A stretch of 64,000 nucleotides of DNA from a virus. The DNA lies in the IMG/VR virus record IMGVR_UViG_3300037515_000591, positions 1 to 64,000 of that record; one strand, given 5' to 3'. The notes under the pieces are model-generated. The model ran no database searches, was not told the origin of the DNA, and worked only from the letters and a program-made list of their open reading frames with translations. The number at the start of each line of letters is the position of its first letter. Position 1 is the first letter of the stretch. The position numbers were made by a program, and so were the translations under genes. Below are positions 10,168-18,465 of the stretch, piece after piece.

Positions 10168-10720
10168 GTTTCACCTCCATCCGGGTCGGGGTCGGGTTCG
10201 TCGGGTGCGCCGAGGTTTTCGATGGCGAGGAGGCGCAGGAAGCGGGTGTCTTCCTGCATGAGCGTCGTGTAGGTGTAGCCGGGGAACTGACGGAGCAGGC
10301 CGAGGACCCATCGGGCGTGGGCTAGTTGGCCTGGCTCTCCGACAAGGGAGCCATCGGAATTGCGGGCGCCGGGGAGGGTTCGCCAGAGGTGGAGCTGTCG
10401 GGCAAAGGGTCGCTCTTGTGGACCCCCGTGAGGGCTTCGACGTAGGCGTTGTTGAGGCGCAGGATGAGGCGGTGGGGGCGTTCGCGGGATGCGCTGACGG
10501 GGATGGGCTGGCCGTCGGCGTCTTCGAGGTTCCAGGAGATGAGCGCCTTGTGGAACCGTTCCATGGTCTTGCCGGTGTCGTCGCCGTCGCCGCCGTCCCA
10601 GCCCATGGAGGACATGAATTCGCCGATGCTCATGCCTTGCAGGGTGGCTTCGAGGCCGTGGAGTTCGTCGTCCTCGGCGAAGCGGAGGGTGATGGTGTTG
10701 GGCTGCTCGCGGTATCCCAC
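10149..10720 (-). CDS. tail assembly chaperone, -1 frameshift (G-T) product
   Basis: the ORF ending at 10149 is in the -1 frame relative to G (codon phases 2 vs 1 mod 3); T part reads ...WVLGLLRQFPGYTYTTLMQEDTRFLRLLAIENLG; overlaps TMP start. Confidence 0.7.
10322..10720 (-). CDS. tail assembly chaperone (G)
   Basis: 132 aa acidic protein immediately upstream of tape measure; canonical synteny. Confidence 0.8.
   Translation of the reverse strand: MGYREQPNTITLRFAEDDELHGLEATLQGMSIGEFMSSMGWDGGDGDDTGKTMERFHKALISWNLEDADGQPIPVSASRERPHRLILRLNNAYVEALTGVHKSDPLPDSSTSGEPSPAPAIPMAPLSESQAN
10403..10409 (-). other. candidate -1 programmed frameshift slippery heptamer C_CCT_TTG
   Basis: minus-strand gaC CCT TTG is in the zero frame of G (D-P-L); shifting -1 gives PFARQLHLWR..., continuous with the T-frame ORF. 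Confidence 0.6.
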
Positions 10721-10753
10721 GGCCGCACCTCCAATCCTTATTGAAAACCGTTT

Positions 10754-11161
10754 TCAAGCCCAAGTCGGCGTTGCGCCATCCGAAAGCTGGAACGGGACAC
10801 TCCACGTGAACTCGCCGGACTGCGCCCTGGTCATCGCGTAGTCCGTGAGGATCACCGTGTTCGCCAGCGTCTGGCTTGAGATGACGATCGTCATCTCCCG
10901 CTCCACCGATGTGGAGGAGACGGTGCGGAACACCGAGTGCGCCTTGTTCGATTCGTCGTCGAAGCCGCCCGCCATGGTTCCGGAGAAGTCGGCGAGGAGC
11001 AGGTTGCGGGCCATCGCGGACTGTGAGATCGCGGTGATGTCCCACACGCCGCGCGGCATCGTCCAGTCCAGGTTGAATGTGCTGGATCGGATGTCTCGCG
11101 CCGTTGTGTCTGAATCGTCCACTTCGAGCGTCGTCCACCCGAGGCCGTTTTCAATAGCCAT
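10754..11161 (-). CDS. tail tube (major tail) protein candidate, 135 aa
   Basis: gene immediately upstream of G/G-T chaperones; N-terminus MAIENGLG resembles that of ORF 11643-13031. Confidence 0.55.
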   Translation of the reverse strand: MAIENGLGWTTLEVDDSDTTARDIRSSTFNLDWTMPRGVWDITAISQSAMARNLLLADFSGTMAGGFDDESNKAHSVFRTVSSTSVEREMTIVISSQTLANTVILTDYAMTRAQSGEFTWSVPFQLSDGATPTWA

Positions 11162-11197
11162 GTCCGCTTACCTCCCTATTTGTGACGCCGGTGGGCG

Positions 11198-11632
11198 TCA
11201 GCCCTTGTCCCGCTCATCGAGGAGCTGCCCCATGTGCTGCTGCACGTGCTCCACCCAGTCCGACGCCCGCTTATGCACCCGCAGCGGACCGACCTTCGCC
11301 CGGTAGTCCCCACCCCGCACCAGATACCGCTCCGGCATCGACTGGTGATCCTCGAAACAGCGCTGCCCCGACTCGAACCGGAACACCGTCAACCCGACCG
11401 CGGTGCGCTGCTCCCGGAAAGTGCGGCGCGAGCCGCGAATGAACGCCGCCTGCCCTTTCCCCAGCGGAGTGGACTCGTCGATGACCGACTCCCAGCCGCC
11501 GCGCCACCGCGGGCAGCCCACCCGCTCACACACCGACTTCACCCGCTTGTCCGGACGCGACTGCACACTCCACGTCCGGTACGACTCCACCGGCATCCGC
11601 GGATCACTCGGCCGAAACGGCTCACCCATCAC
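11198..11632 (-). CDS. hypothetical basic Cys-containing protein embedded among tail genes
   Basis: 144 aa, Arg/Lys-rich, CERVGCPRW motif; no structural-protein character. Confidence 0.5.
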   Translation of the reverse strand: MMGEPFRPSDPRMPVESYRTWSVQSRPDKRVKSVCERVGCPRWRGGWESVIDESTPLGKGQAAFIRGSRRTFREQRTAVGLTVFRFESGQRCFEDHQSMPERYLVRGGDYRAKVGPLRVHKRASDWVEHVQQHMGQLLDERDKG

Positions 11633-11642
11633 CCATCACCCC

Positions 11643-13031
11643 CTAGAACGTTGTCGCCGTGATGTTGACGTTCACAGCCACCGCGAACACCAGGCTTGTG
11701 AATCCAGCCGAGGTTGTCGTCACCGCCCGCACATACCGGCGGATCTCCGTCCCCGCCGCCACCGCAATCCGCTCCACCGTCGGAGCCGACCCGATCGCCG
11801 TGAACCCGCCACCCGTGATGTCCGCGAACGCGTCCTCACCACCGTTGTCGTGGGAGTGCTGGAGTTTCACCGTGGCGTCGGTGCCCGCGAAGCTGAACGC
11901 CTGCAAGTAGGCCTGCGCCCCGTGCACGGTGTGGGAGGAGATGAACGCGTCGCCCTGCACCGTCCACGTCAATGGCGTCGCATCCGACACATCGTCATCC
12001 GCGACAGAAGCGACCGGCGCAGCCACCGACGACCCAGCAATCCCGGACAGCACCTCACCCTGGAAGAACTTGCCCGCCAGCCGGTTCACGGTGCCCGCCG
12101 TCTGCGCACCGACCTCCAGCACCGCCGTCGAGGCGAAGATCGACGTGGTGGACCCGTTGCTCTGCGTCGCCCCCAACTGCGTCCACGTCACCCCGTCCTC
12201 CGACGTGTAGAACACGACGTCCGCATCCGACGACCCGTTGTCGACGTCGATCGTCGCCCGCACCCAGTGCGTCGTCCCATCCGTGAACCCGGTCGCAGCC
12301 GACGATGTTTCCGTCAGCTCGACCGTCCCGTCCTCCGACCACCGGAAAATCAGATTGCCGCCCGTCGTCACCGCCAGCGCATACGACCGCTGGTTGCTGG
12401 TCGCCGTATACTTCGCGATCAGCGTCGACTCCGCCGCCGGCGTCCAGTCATCCATCGCGACCCGCACCCGCAGGTCCAGGTCTCCCGTGATGTCCAGGCT
12501 GGCCGCGTCGGGGGTGGAGGCGTAGTCGCCGGACGTCCCGGACAGGAAAAGGAAGTCCTCCCCGTCGTAGCCGAACACGGCGGCGGTGCCGTTGGTGGCG
12601 CCGGTGTCGGTGCGCTGCTGTGCGGTGAGGAGGTCGCCCCATTCCAGGCCGAAGGCGTTGCCCTGCGCGTTGACGGCGATCGTGAGGGAGCCGTCCTGTG
12701 GCCGGGTGAAGTCGTAGTTGATCTGCTTGGCGACCAGGCAGGCCGCTGGGTCACCGATCGCGCTGCCGGTTGCCCACATCAGGTGCCGGTCCGCGGTGGG
12801 CAGTGCGCCGAGCTGGTCGTGGGCGCGGTCCGTGGCGTCGTTGAAGAATGCGCCCCAGGAGATCCGGCCGTCCCGCAGCAGGCCGATCCGCTTGTACGCG
12901 GACAGGTCGATGGTCGTGATGTCCTGGGTGCCCACCAGGCCGCCGCCGATGTCATCAGCGGAACCGGTGTCACCGGACAGGTCGTAGCCGCCGTAGTAGA
13001 AGGCCTGCCCGAGCCCGTTACTGATCGTCAT
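11643..13031 (-). CDS. major tail protein candidate carrying an internal LamG-like insertion
   Basis: 462 aa; aa 158-365 homologous to the LamG-like module of the tail-tip protein; flanks total about 255 aa. Confidence 0.6.
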   Translation of the reverse strand: MTISNGLGQAFYYGGYDLSGDTGSADDIGGGLVGTQDITTIDLSAYKRIGLLRDGRISWGAFFNDATDRAHDQLGALPTADRHLMWATGSAIGDPAACLVAKQINYDFTRPQDGSLTIAVNAQGNAFGLEWGDLLTAQQRTDTGATNGTAAVFGYDGEDFLFLSGTSGDYASTPDAASLDITGDLDLRVRVAMDDWTPAAESTLIAKYTATSNQRSYALAVTTGGNLIFRWSEDGTVELTETSSAATGFTDGTTHWVRATIDVDNGSSDADVVFYTSEDGVTWTQLGATQSNGSTTSIFASTAVLEVGAQTAGTVNRLAGKFFQGEVLSGIAGSSVAAPVASVADDDVSDATPLTWTVQGDAFISSHTVHGAQAYLQAFSFAGTDATVKLQHSHDNGGEDAFADITGGGFTAIGSAPTVERIAVAAGTEIRRYVRAVTTTSAGFTSLVFAVAVNVNITATTF

Positions 13032-13490
13032 TCACGCCACCTGTCCCCACGCGTTGGAGAAGACTGTCGGAATCGTGAGGGTCGCGATCCGGTAGGTCGT
13101 GGACCCGATGTCGAGATAGCCGAGGCGGGCGCGCATGCGGTCTCCGAATTCGCCGAGCAAATCGATGTTGCGGACGCTGCCGCCGAGCGTGAAATCGCCC
13201 GTGTACGTGCTCATCAAGTCGGTGACCGCGTTCGTCAACTGGACGTCGACCCCGTCCATCGGCTCGGTATCTGCGGGCAGGTAGATGCGGCCGTTGAAGA
13301 TGACGCGGACGCTCGTCGACGCGAGCCCGGACGCGGCCGGTAGCGGGTCGATGTCGCCGCCCCATACCGCATAGGTGAGTCCGCTGCCGGGTGAGGACAG
13401 CGGCTCGTGCTTGAGGACCTGCCCGAAAATACCGAGGGCCTGCCCGTGGGAGGTGAGCACGTCGCGGGGGGTGGCTATGTCGAGGGCCAT
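13032..13490 (-). CDS. tail terminator/head-tail joining candidate
   Basis: 152 aa, position between neck genes and major tail candidate. Confidence 0.45.
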   Translation of the reverse strand: MALDIATPRDVLTSHGQALGIFGQVLKHEPLSSPGSGLTYAVWGGDIDPLPAASGLASTSVRVIFNGRIYLPADTEPMDGVDVQLTNAVTDLMSTYTGDFTLGGSVRNIDLLGEFGDRMRARLGYLDIGSTTYRIATLTIPTVFSNAWGQVA

Positions 13491-14017
13491 GGGCGTCTCC
13501 TCACCGTTCCGGGGGCGAACTGTCCTGTCTCTGGGTCACGCCATGGCCCGGCCACGGGCTCTCGCTTGTTGTTCGCCTGCGTGGGCAGGTCAGCCCAGCG
13601 GCAGTTGTCGGGCGAGTACGGGCCGTCGTTGTTGATGCGGTCCAGCGTGAGACCGCTTGGCTGCTCGCCCATGTCGGCGAGGAAGTTCCGGAAGTCCCGC
13701 CACTGCTCGCACACCGCGATACCTCGGCCGCCGTAGAGGTCCCAGTCCGCGTTGTTGGAGTTGGTGCAGCGCTGGATCATGGCAGCCCACACGTAGTAGG
13801 TGGGCGTCCCTCCTCTGCCCTCGGGGCGGCGCCGCGCGTGGCCGTGCTTCGTGCGCTCACGTGCCATGCGCTCCTTGGCCTCGTCGGACATCACCCGCGG
13901 GGCCGACCGCATCGCTGCTGAGCGGTTTCGCTCAGCAACGTCGGGCCTCTTCTTGCCCTTCTTCGCCTCCGAGATCTTGCGGCGGCGCTCCAACTCCTTT
14001 GCGCTCACGGGCTTCAC
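13475..14017 (-). CDS. HNH endonuclease
   Basis: [11 protein letters not shown]...[11 protein letters not shown]...[28 protein letters not shown] motif; start set to GTG 14017 in GTGA overlap with upstream stop. Confidence 0.8.
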   Translation of the reverse strand: MKPVSAKELERRRKISEAKKGKKRPDVAERNRSAAMRSAPRVMSDEAKERMARERTKHGHARRRPEGRGGTPTYYVWAAMIQRCTNSNNADWDLYGGRGIAVCEQWRDFRNFLADMGEQPSGLTLDRINNDGPYSPDNCRWADLPTQANNKREPVAGPWRDPETGQFAPGTVRRRPWPST

Positions 14018-14409
14018 ATCCTCGCCGTGTAGCGGGACAGGAGGCGTCGAGCTATGCCCGGAGCCCTCTGCTGAATCAGCGCCCGCGCTCGGCTGAATGC
14101 CCTGTACCCGCGGAAGCGCGTCACCGGATAGTTCCTGCTCGAATTCCCTTCCAACCATGGGCCATACACTATGCCGTGGTCGGTGACCTCGTAGCCGCCG
14201 CGCGAGGAGCGCTCCACCCCGACGCGGGTTTCGTAGTAGGGGGTGCGGACCTTGATGGACCGGCCGAGGTGCTGCAGGACGAGGTTCTCCGCCTCGGTCG
14301 CCACCCGGTAGTCGATCTGGTCGGTGTAGTCGCGGAGCGCGCGCTGGGCACGCCCGTCGAACATCGGGCCACGGGAGTTGGCGTTCACACGGATGTCGAA
14401 ACCAGGCAT
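14014..14409 (-). CDS. HK97 gp10-like tail-completion/neck protein
   Basis: 131 aa; YGPWLEG and TRFRGY motifs typical of the gp10 family; synteny. Confidence 0.7.
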   Translation of the reverse strand: MPGFDIRVNANSRGPMFDGRAQRALRDYTDQIDYRVATEAENLVLQHLGRSIKVRTPYYETRVGVERSSRGGYEVTDHGIVYGPWLEGNSSRNYPVTRFRGYRAFSRARALIQQRAPGIARRLLSRYTARM

Positions 14410-14411
14410 GT

Positions 14412-15467
14412 CTACACGCTCCTCGTTCGCGCCTTGCGGCCGTGGGAGACGTACACGCGGTCCCGCAAGTCCTTCAGCCCACGCCCGGACACCTCACGCT
14501 CGCCCTCACCGGAGCCGGCGGTCCGCGCATACCCGGACCGGCCCTGCAACAGGTCGACGAGCGCTTCGGCCACACAGAGTTGGCGGACGGGGCCGGGCGG
14601 GTCCCATCGCTGGACGGTCGTGGAGGTGGTGTGGGTGGCCGCGGTGGTGCCGAGCGCGCCGCGGGTGACGGCCAGGGTGCGGGGGGCGTAGATGTCCGCG
14701 CTGCTCGTGTGTGCGGCGAGGGTGGTGCCGTCCCAGGCGCGGGTGACGGTGAGGGTGTTGCCGCTGATTTCGTCGATGCGCATCTTCTCGGAGTCGATGA
14801 GGATGACTTCGTCGACGGCGTAGCCGGTGCCGTCCGTCACCGACACGGCGACGTCGTTGTTGGCGGCGGTGAGGTTGCCGCCGAGGTTCTGCCCGGTGTC
14901 GAGCTGGGATCGGCCAGTGACGATGACCCGCTCGGAGTCGATGCGCAGCAGGGAGCCGATACCGACCGCGGCCGAGGTGGCGGCGTCGACGTCGACGCCG
15001 GTCTCGCTGTCGTCGAGAGCCTCATCCGTAGAGCCGAGGGTGGTTTCGTCGTTGCGGTAGCCGAACAGGCCGGTGACGCTGATGTCGCGTTGGTGGGTGT
15101 CGCCGCCGCCGAATGCCGCGTTGGAGTCGAGGTCGATTTCGATGCGGTTGTACGGGGGCCCGTACTGGTTGGGCTCGAGGAAGTAGTCCGCCGCGACGAT
15201 GGTTGTGCCGCCGGATGTGAGGGTGGTGACGGAGATGACCTCGTTCGCATCCAGCCACAGCCGCCATGAGCGGGCGTACTGCATGTTGGGCCAGTCGAAG
15301 TGGCGGGTGTCCTGCTCGGGGTAGAACGTGCGGTGGCATAGGCCGTGGATGGTTTCGGTTGCGTCGGCGAGGGCGCGGTCGATGCGTGTGTTGGAGCGTG
15401 CGGTTTCCTTCACGTCGAGCTCGGCTTTGATCTCTTCGCGGGTGGCGTAGTACGGCGTGGTGGTCAT
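14412..15467 (-). CDS. head-tail adaptor (gp6-like N-terminus) with long C-terminal extension
   Basis: N-terminal [13 protein letters not shown]...[12 protein letters not shown] pattern of head-tail connectors; 351 aa. Confidence 0.55.
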   Translation of the reverse strand: MTTTPYYATREEIKAELDVKETARSNTRIDRALADATETIHGLCHRTFYPEQDTRHFDWPNMQYARSWRLWLDANEVISVTTLTSGGTTIVAADYFLEPNQYGPPYNRIEIDLDSNAAFGGGDTHQRDISVTGLFGYRNDETTLGSTDEALDDSETGVDVDAATSAAVGIGSLLRIDSERVIVTGRSQLDTGQNLGGNLTAANNDVAVSVTDGTGYAVDEVILIDSEKMRIDEISGNTLTVTRAWDGTTLAAHTSSADIYAPRTLAVTRGALGTTAATHTTSTTVQRWDPPGPVRQLCVAEALVDLLQGRSGYARTAGSGEGEREVSGRGLKDLRDRVYVSHGRKARTRSV

Positions 15468-15510
15468 CTCTTGTCACCTCCTCTCACGGTGTCGTCTCGG
15501 GCCGGGTGTG

Positions 15511-16038
15511 CTACTCGGCGGTGTCAGCAGCCGACGTAGCTTCCGTCTGGTCTCCAGCCGTCAAAGGGGCAGAAGAGCTGCCCGTCCGGGCCTGTGTCGA
15601 GCGGCTCGCCGTCGTTCGGGCAGGCTTGCGGCGGGGCGGCTTGCTCGGCTCGGAGGTCGTCGGCTGCACTCCGGTAGATGCTGATGAGCTGCTCCCAGGC
15701 GATGACGACTCGCCTCCCTCCACTACCGGTACGGGCGGGCCCGCCAGGTCGTCCGTGACGTCGAGCGGCTCGGCGTCCTCAGGCTCGGGCGCCGGGGCGT
15801 CGACGGCCACACGCGCCTCACTGTGGTCCGCTGCCGCCGCGGGCGCGGGATCGGTCGCGGCGGCAGCGGCGTCTGTCGTGGGCAGCGTCGCGTCGGACGC
15901 CCCACCGTGGCGAGTGATCTTCGCCATGGGATCTCCATCCTCGTGGAATTCCGTGTTGTGGCAGCGAGGGCACCGGAACAGGCCCACCGCGTACTTCGTC
16001 CCGCACCCGCCCCCACCAGCACAAACCCATAGCGCCAT
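15511..16038 (-). CDS. zinc-ribbon protein with long disordered Ala/Pro/Ser tail
   Basis: start set to ATG 16038 (TGATG overlap); CAGGGGCGTKY...CPRCHNTEF; upstream part of the track ORF is Arg/Gly junk. Confidence 0.5.
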   Translation of the reverse strand: MALWVCAGGGGCGTKYAVGLFRCPRCHNTEFHEDGDPMAKITRHGGASDATLPTTDAAAAATDPAPAAAADHSEARVAVDAPAPEPEDAEPLDVTDDLAGPPVPVVEGGESSSPGSSSSASTGVQPTTSEPSKPPRRKPARTTASRSTQARTGSSSAPLTAGDQTEATSAADTAE

Positions 16039-16700
16039 CACGAAGGCTCCACGATCATCCAGGCCACCACCGACGTGTCCGTGCCATCGGCAGACGTGAT
16101 CGTGAAGTCTTGGGCCGCGTTTCGCGCCGTCACCCCGACCGCCTGCGGCGCCGACACCGTCCCCAGCGACTGCACCGTCAACTGAATCCGACTGGACGCC
16201 GTGACCTCCGTCGTGCTCACGGTCGCCGCACCAGACGACAGCGTCGCCACACCCGAGCGGGCGTTGTCGCCCTCCTTCAAGTTCAGACCGCCGCCAGCGA
16301 CATCGCAGTGCAGATCGCCCTCGGTCACGAACGTGTTCACCGTGTGCAGGCGGCTGCTGCCGTCGCGGGCGAGGTTGACGTCCACCGCACCCGAACCGGG
16401 GCCCCACTCCAGTTGCCCGTTCGCGTTGACGACGAACTGGGCGACGGCGTCCCCCGTCACCCGGGAGGTGAGGACGTCCGTACCCGAGGTGGCACCCTCC
16501 AGCGTCCACGCCCCAATCAGGCGCACCACGCCCGCCGAATCCCGGGACAGCACCGCATCAGGCACACCGCCGGCACCGTCAGTGAAAGCGATGCTGCCGT
16601 CATGGATGAGGAGGTACTTGCCTCGCAGCAGTGGTTCTTGCTGCTGGTTTTGTTCGGTGTCGCCGACGGTGCCGCCGCGGGCGCGGGTCGTTCTGGGCAT
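16038..16700 (-). CDS. hypothetical virion protein (beta-rich)
   Basis: start set to ATG 16700 (TGATG overlap); 220 aa Thr/Ser/Gly/Val-rich. Confidence 0.5.
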   Translation of the reverse strand: MPRTTRARGGTVGDTEQNQQQEPLLRGKYLLIHDGSIAFTDGAGGVPDAVLSRDSAGVVRLIGAWTLEGATSGTDVLTSRVTGDAVAQFVVNANGQLEWGPGSGAVDVNLARDGSSRLHTVNTFVTEGDLHCDVAGGGLNLKEGDNARSGVATLSSGAATVSTTEVTASSRIQLTVQSLGTVSAPQAVGVTARNAAQDFTITSADGTDTSVVAWMIVEPS

Positions 16701-17482
16701 CAGGCCACTCCCATCATGGGTGCGGTGTAGCCGTACAGGGTGGTGACCTCGGCGGCCGACAGTGCCTTGCCGGTGATGAAGGGGAGCGCGATGCGGCCGT
16801 GGAACTCGGCCACTGGTGTGGCGGTGACGCCGGAGCAGCCGATAGTGAGTGGGGCGGCGGTGTTCTCCATCGCGACGTAGGAGCCGTCCTCGGTGGTGGT
16901 GCCGTCGTTCGCGAGGGCGCCGTCGACGTACAGGTTGACCACCGGGGCGGTCTCGGTTCCGTCGTACGTAGCGATGACGTGGACCCACTGGCCAATGGTG
17001 AGGGCGCTGTCCGAGACGGCGATCTCCGTAGCGGACGCGGATGCGTCATGCAGTTCCAGAGACAGCAGGCCGGAGCCATCGATGAAGAACCGCCACTCCT
17101 CCAGGTTTCCCGCGGAGTCGTACTTCCCCATGATTACGTTGGTGGCGATGGCGTTCGGGCGGATCCATGCCCCCACCGAGAACGGGGTGTCCACCGTGCC
17201 GTTACCGAAGGAGTAATTCGTCGAGTCGACCCCGGCCAGGTGCTGATTCCCGACCGGGTTGAAGTGGTACGAGTGCAGCCCGGACGGCAGCGCGATGGGC
17301 GCGAACTCGCTCTGCAAGGTCCGGGCGGCCGCCTCGTCCGACGACGTCAGATCACCGACGCTGATACCGGAGATCAGCGAGCCTTCCGCCTCCCAGAATG
17401 GCCACAGGCTGGGCGTCGTGGTACCGAGGGTCGTCATGATGTCGTTCAGACGGCCCTCAGTCCCACGCCGGTACACAGTCAT
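16700..17482 (-). CDS. LamG (laminin_G_3-like) domain protein, possible capsid/neck decoration
   Basis: FSVGAWIRP...WRFFIDGSG...WVHVIATYDG...LYVDG...FHGRIALPFITGKALSAAEVTTLY; start ATG 17482 (TGATG overlap). Confidence 0.65.
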   Translation of the reverse strand: MTVYRRGTEGRLNDIMTTLGTTTPSLWPFWEAEGSLISGISVGDLTSSDEAAARTLQSEFAPIALPSGLHSYHFNPVGNQHLAGVDSTNYSFGNGTVDTPFSVGAWIRPNAIATNVIMGKYDSAGNLEEWRFFIDGSGLLSLELHDASASATEIAVSDSALTIGQWVHVIATYDGTETAPVVNLYVDGALANDGTTTEDGSYVAMENTAAPLTIGCSGVTATPVAEFHGRIALPFITGKALSAAEVTTLYGYTAPMMGVA

Positions 17483-17961
17483 CAGGCAGCCGCCACCAGC
17501 GTTGCACCCGGCGTCAGCGGCACATACGTCGCGTACCACTCCACGACACCGTCAACACTCGAAGCGCCAGCGACCTCGATCTCCCCAGTACTCACAACGA
17601 GCGGGCCAAGCGGAGCGCCGTTGACCGCGAAGTTCGTCTGGTTGTTCGCCGTGTCGTTGGTCTCGATCGCGATACCGATGACGTCACCGGCCAAGGTGTT
17701 GGTGGTGCCCAGGTCGGTGGCAGTGACAATGGTCGTCGTGTCACCCGTGGTGGGATCCACCGCGAGAGCGATCGTGCCGCCGTCCTCCGCGACGACCGTG
17801 GTCACCAGACCCCACAGCGCGGTGATGTACACCTCGCCACCGGCCACCGTGAACACCTGGTAAGTGGCGTCACCACCTGTCGTGAAGTCACTGGTCTTGC
17901 CCTGGACGTAGCGGCCCAGGAGCAGGCTCCGCAGCTCATGACCCTGAATGATCGTGCTCAT
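17482..17961 (-). CDS. hypothetical head-proximal structural protein
   Basis: 159-aa track ORF, beta-rich composition, coupled to neighbours. Confidence 0.5.
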   Translation of the reverse strand: MSTIIQGHELRSLLLGRYVQGKTSDFTTGGDATYQVFTVAGGEVYITALWGLVTTVVAEDGGTIALAVDPTTGDTTTIVTATDLGTTNTLAGDVIGIAIETNDTANNQTNFAVNGAPLGPLVVSTGEIEVAGASSVDGVVEWYATYVPLTPGATLVAAA

Positions 17962-17963
17962 GT

Positions 17964-18383
17964 TCAGGCCCCCAGGATCGCGAGGTTCGCGGGAGTCCGC
18001 TGCACCGTCAGGTCATGGAACACCGCAGTCACCAGACCAGCCGACGAGGCCGTCACCTTGATGTAGTCCTTCGTGTCCGGAAGCATGCTCCCGGACACGA
18101 AGAACACCACCGTGCCCGACGAGATGGTCACCGCGTTCGACGCCGACTGAGTGGCCGCGACCCAGGCGGCGGTGCCGTCGGTGGCCGTGTTGGTGAACTT
18201 GCGGGTGATGATGTTGCCGGGCGTCGCGAACGATCCGGCGAACGCATCGGAGACGGTGATGGTGAACGTGTCGTTGCCGGTGCAGATGTACGTCACACCG
18301 GACGCATCCTTCAGCGACAGCGACACCGCGTCCGCGATGGGGACGGCGTTGAAGACTCGTCCGAGGCCTTCCATTCCTGCCAT
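17964..18383 (-). CDS. hypothetical head-proximal protein (decoration candidate)
   Basis: 139 aa, first gene after the capsid gene. Confidence 0.5.
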   Translation of the reverse strand: MAGMEGLGRVFNAVPIADAVSLSLKDASGVTYICTGNDTFTITVSDAFAGSFATPGNIITRKFTNTATDGTAAWVAATQSASNAVTISSGTVVFFVSGSMLPDTKDYIKVTASSAGLVTAVFHDLTVQRTPANLAILGA

Positions 18384-18426
18384 GGTGTTGCCCTCCTTGA
18401 GGGGGTTGAGTGCCTCTGCGGATTGG

Positions 18427-18458
18427 GCCCGAGCGGGGGTGTTACTGCCCGCCCGGGC
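18427..18458 (-). terminator. intra-operon hairpin after capsid gene
   Basis: 11-bp stem GCCCGAGCGGG/CCCGCCCGGGC (1 mismatch), 10-nt loop, 8 nt beyond capsid stop. Confidence 0.4.
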
Positions 18459-18465
18459 TGGCGGG

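Noticed and set aside
10149-11138. 329-aa minus-strand ORF as an independent gene
   Set aside because: Its upstream two thirds overlap the tube and chaperone genes out of frame and are Arg-rich junk. Only its 3' end is used, as the -1 frame (T) of the chaperone.
11643-13031. Tail sheath (contractile tail) interpretation of the 462-aa protein
   Set aside because: No baseplate wedge or spike gene set follows the tape measure. The extra length is explained by the LamG-like insertion. This is left as an open alternative in the findings rather than a call.
11403-13343. 646-aa plus-strand ORF
   Set aside because: It is antisense to tail genes of sensible composition and is Arg/Pro-rich with no motifs.
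2505-17482. Diversity-generating retroelement targeting the LamG/lectin-like domains
   Set aside because: There is no reverse transcriptase ORF. I could not spot a template/variable repeat pair with adenine-specific differences. The two LamG modules differ at all base types.
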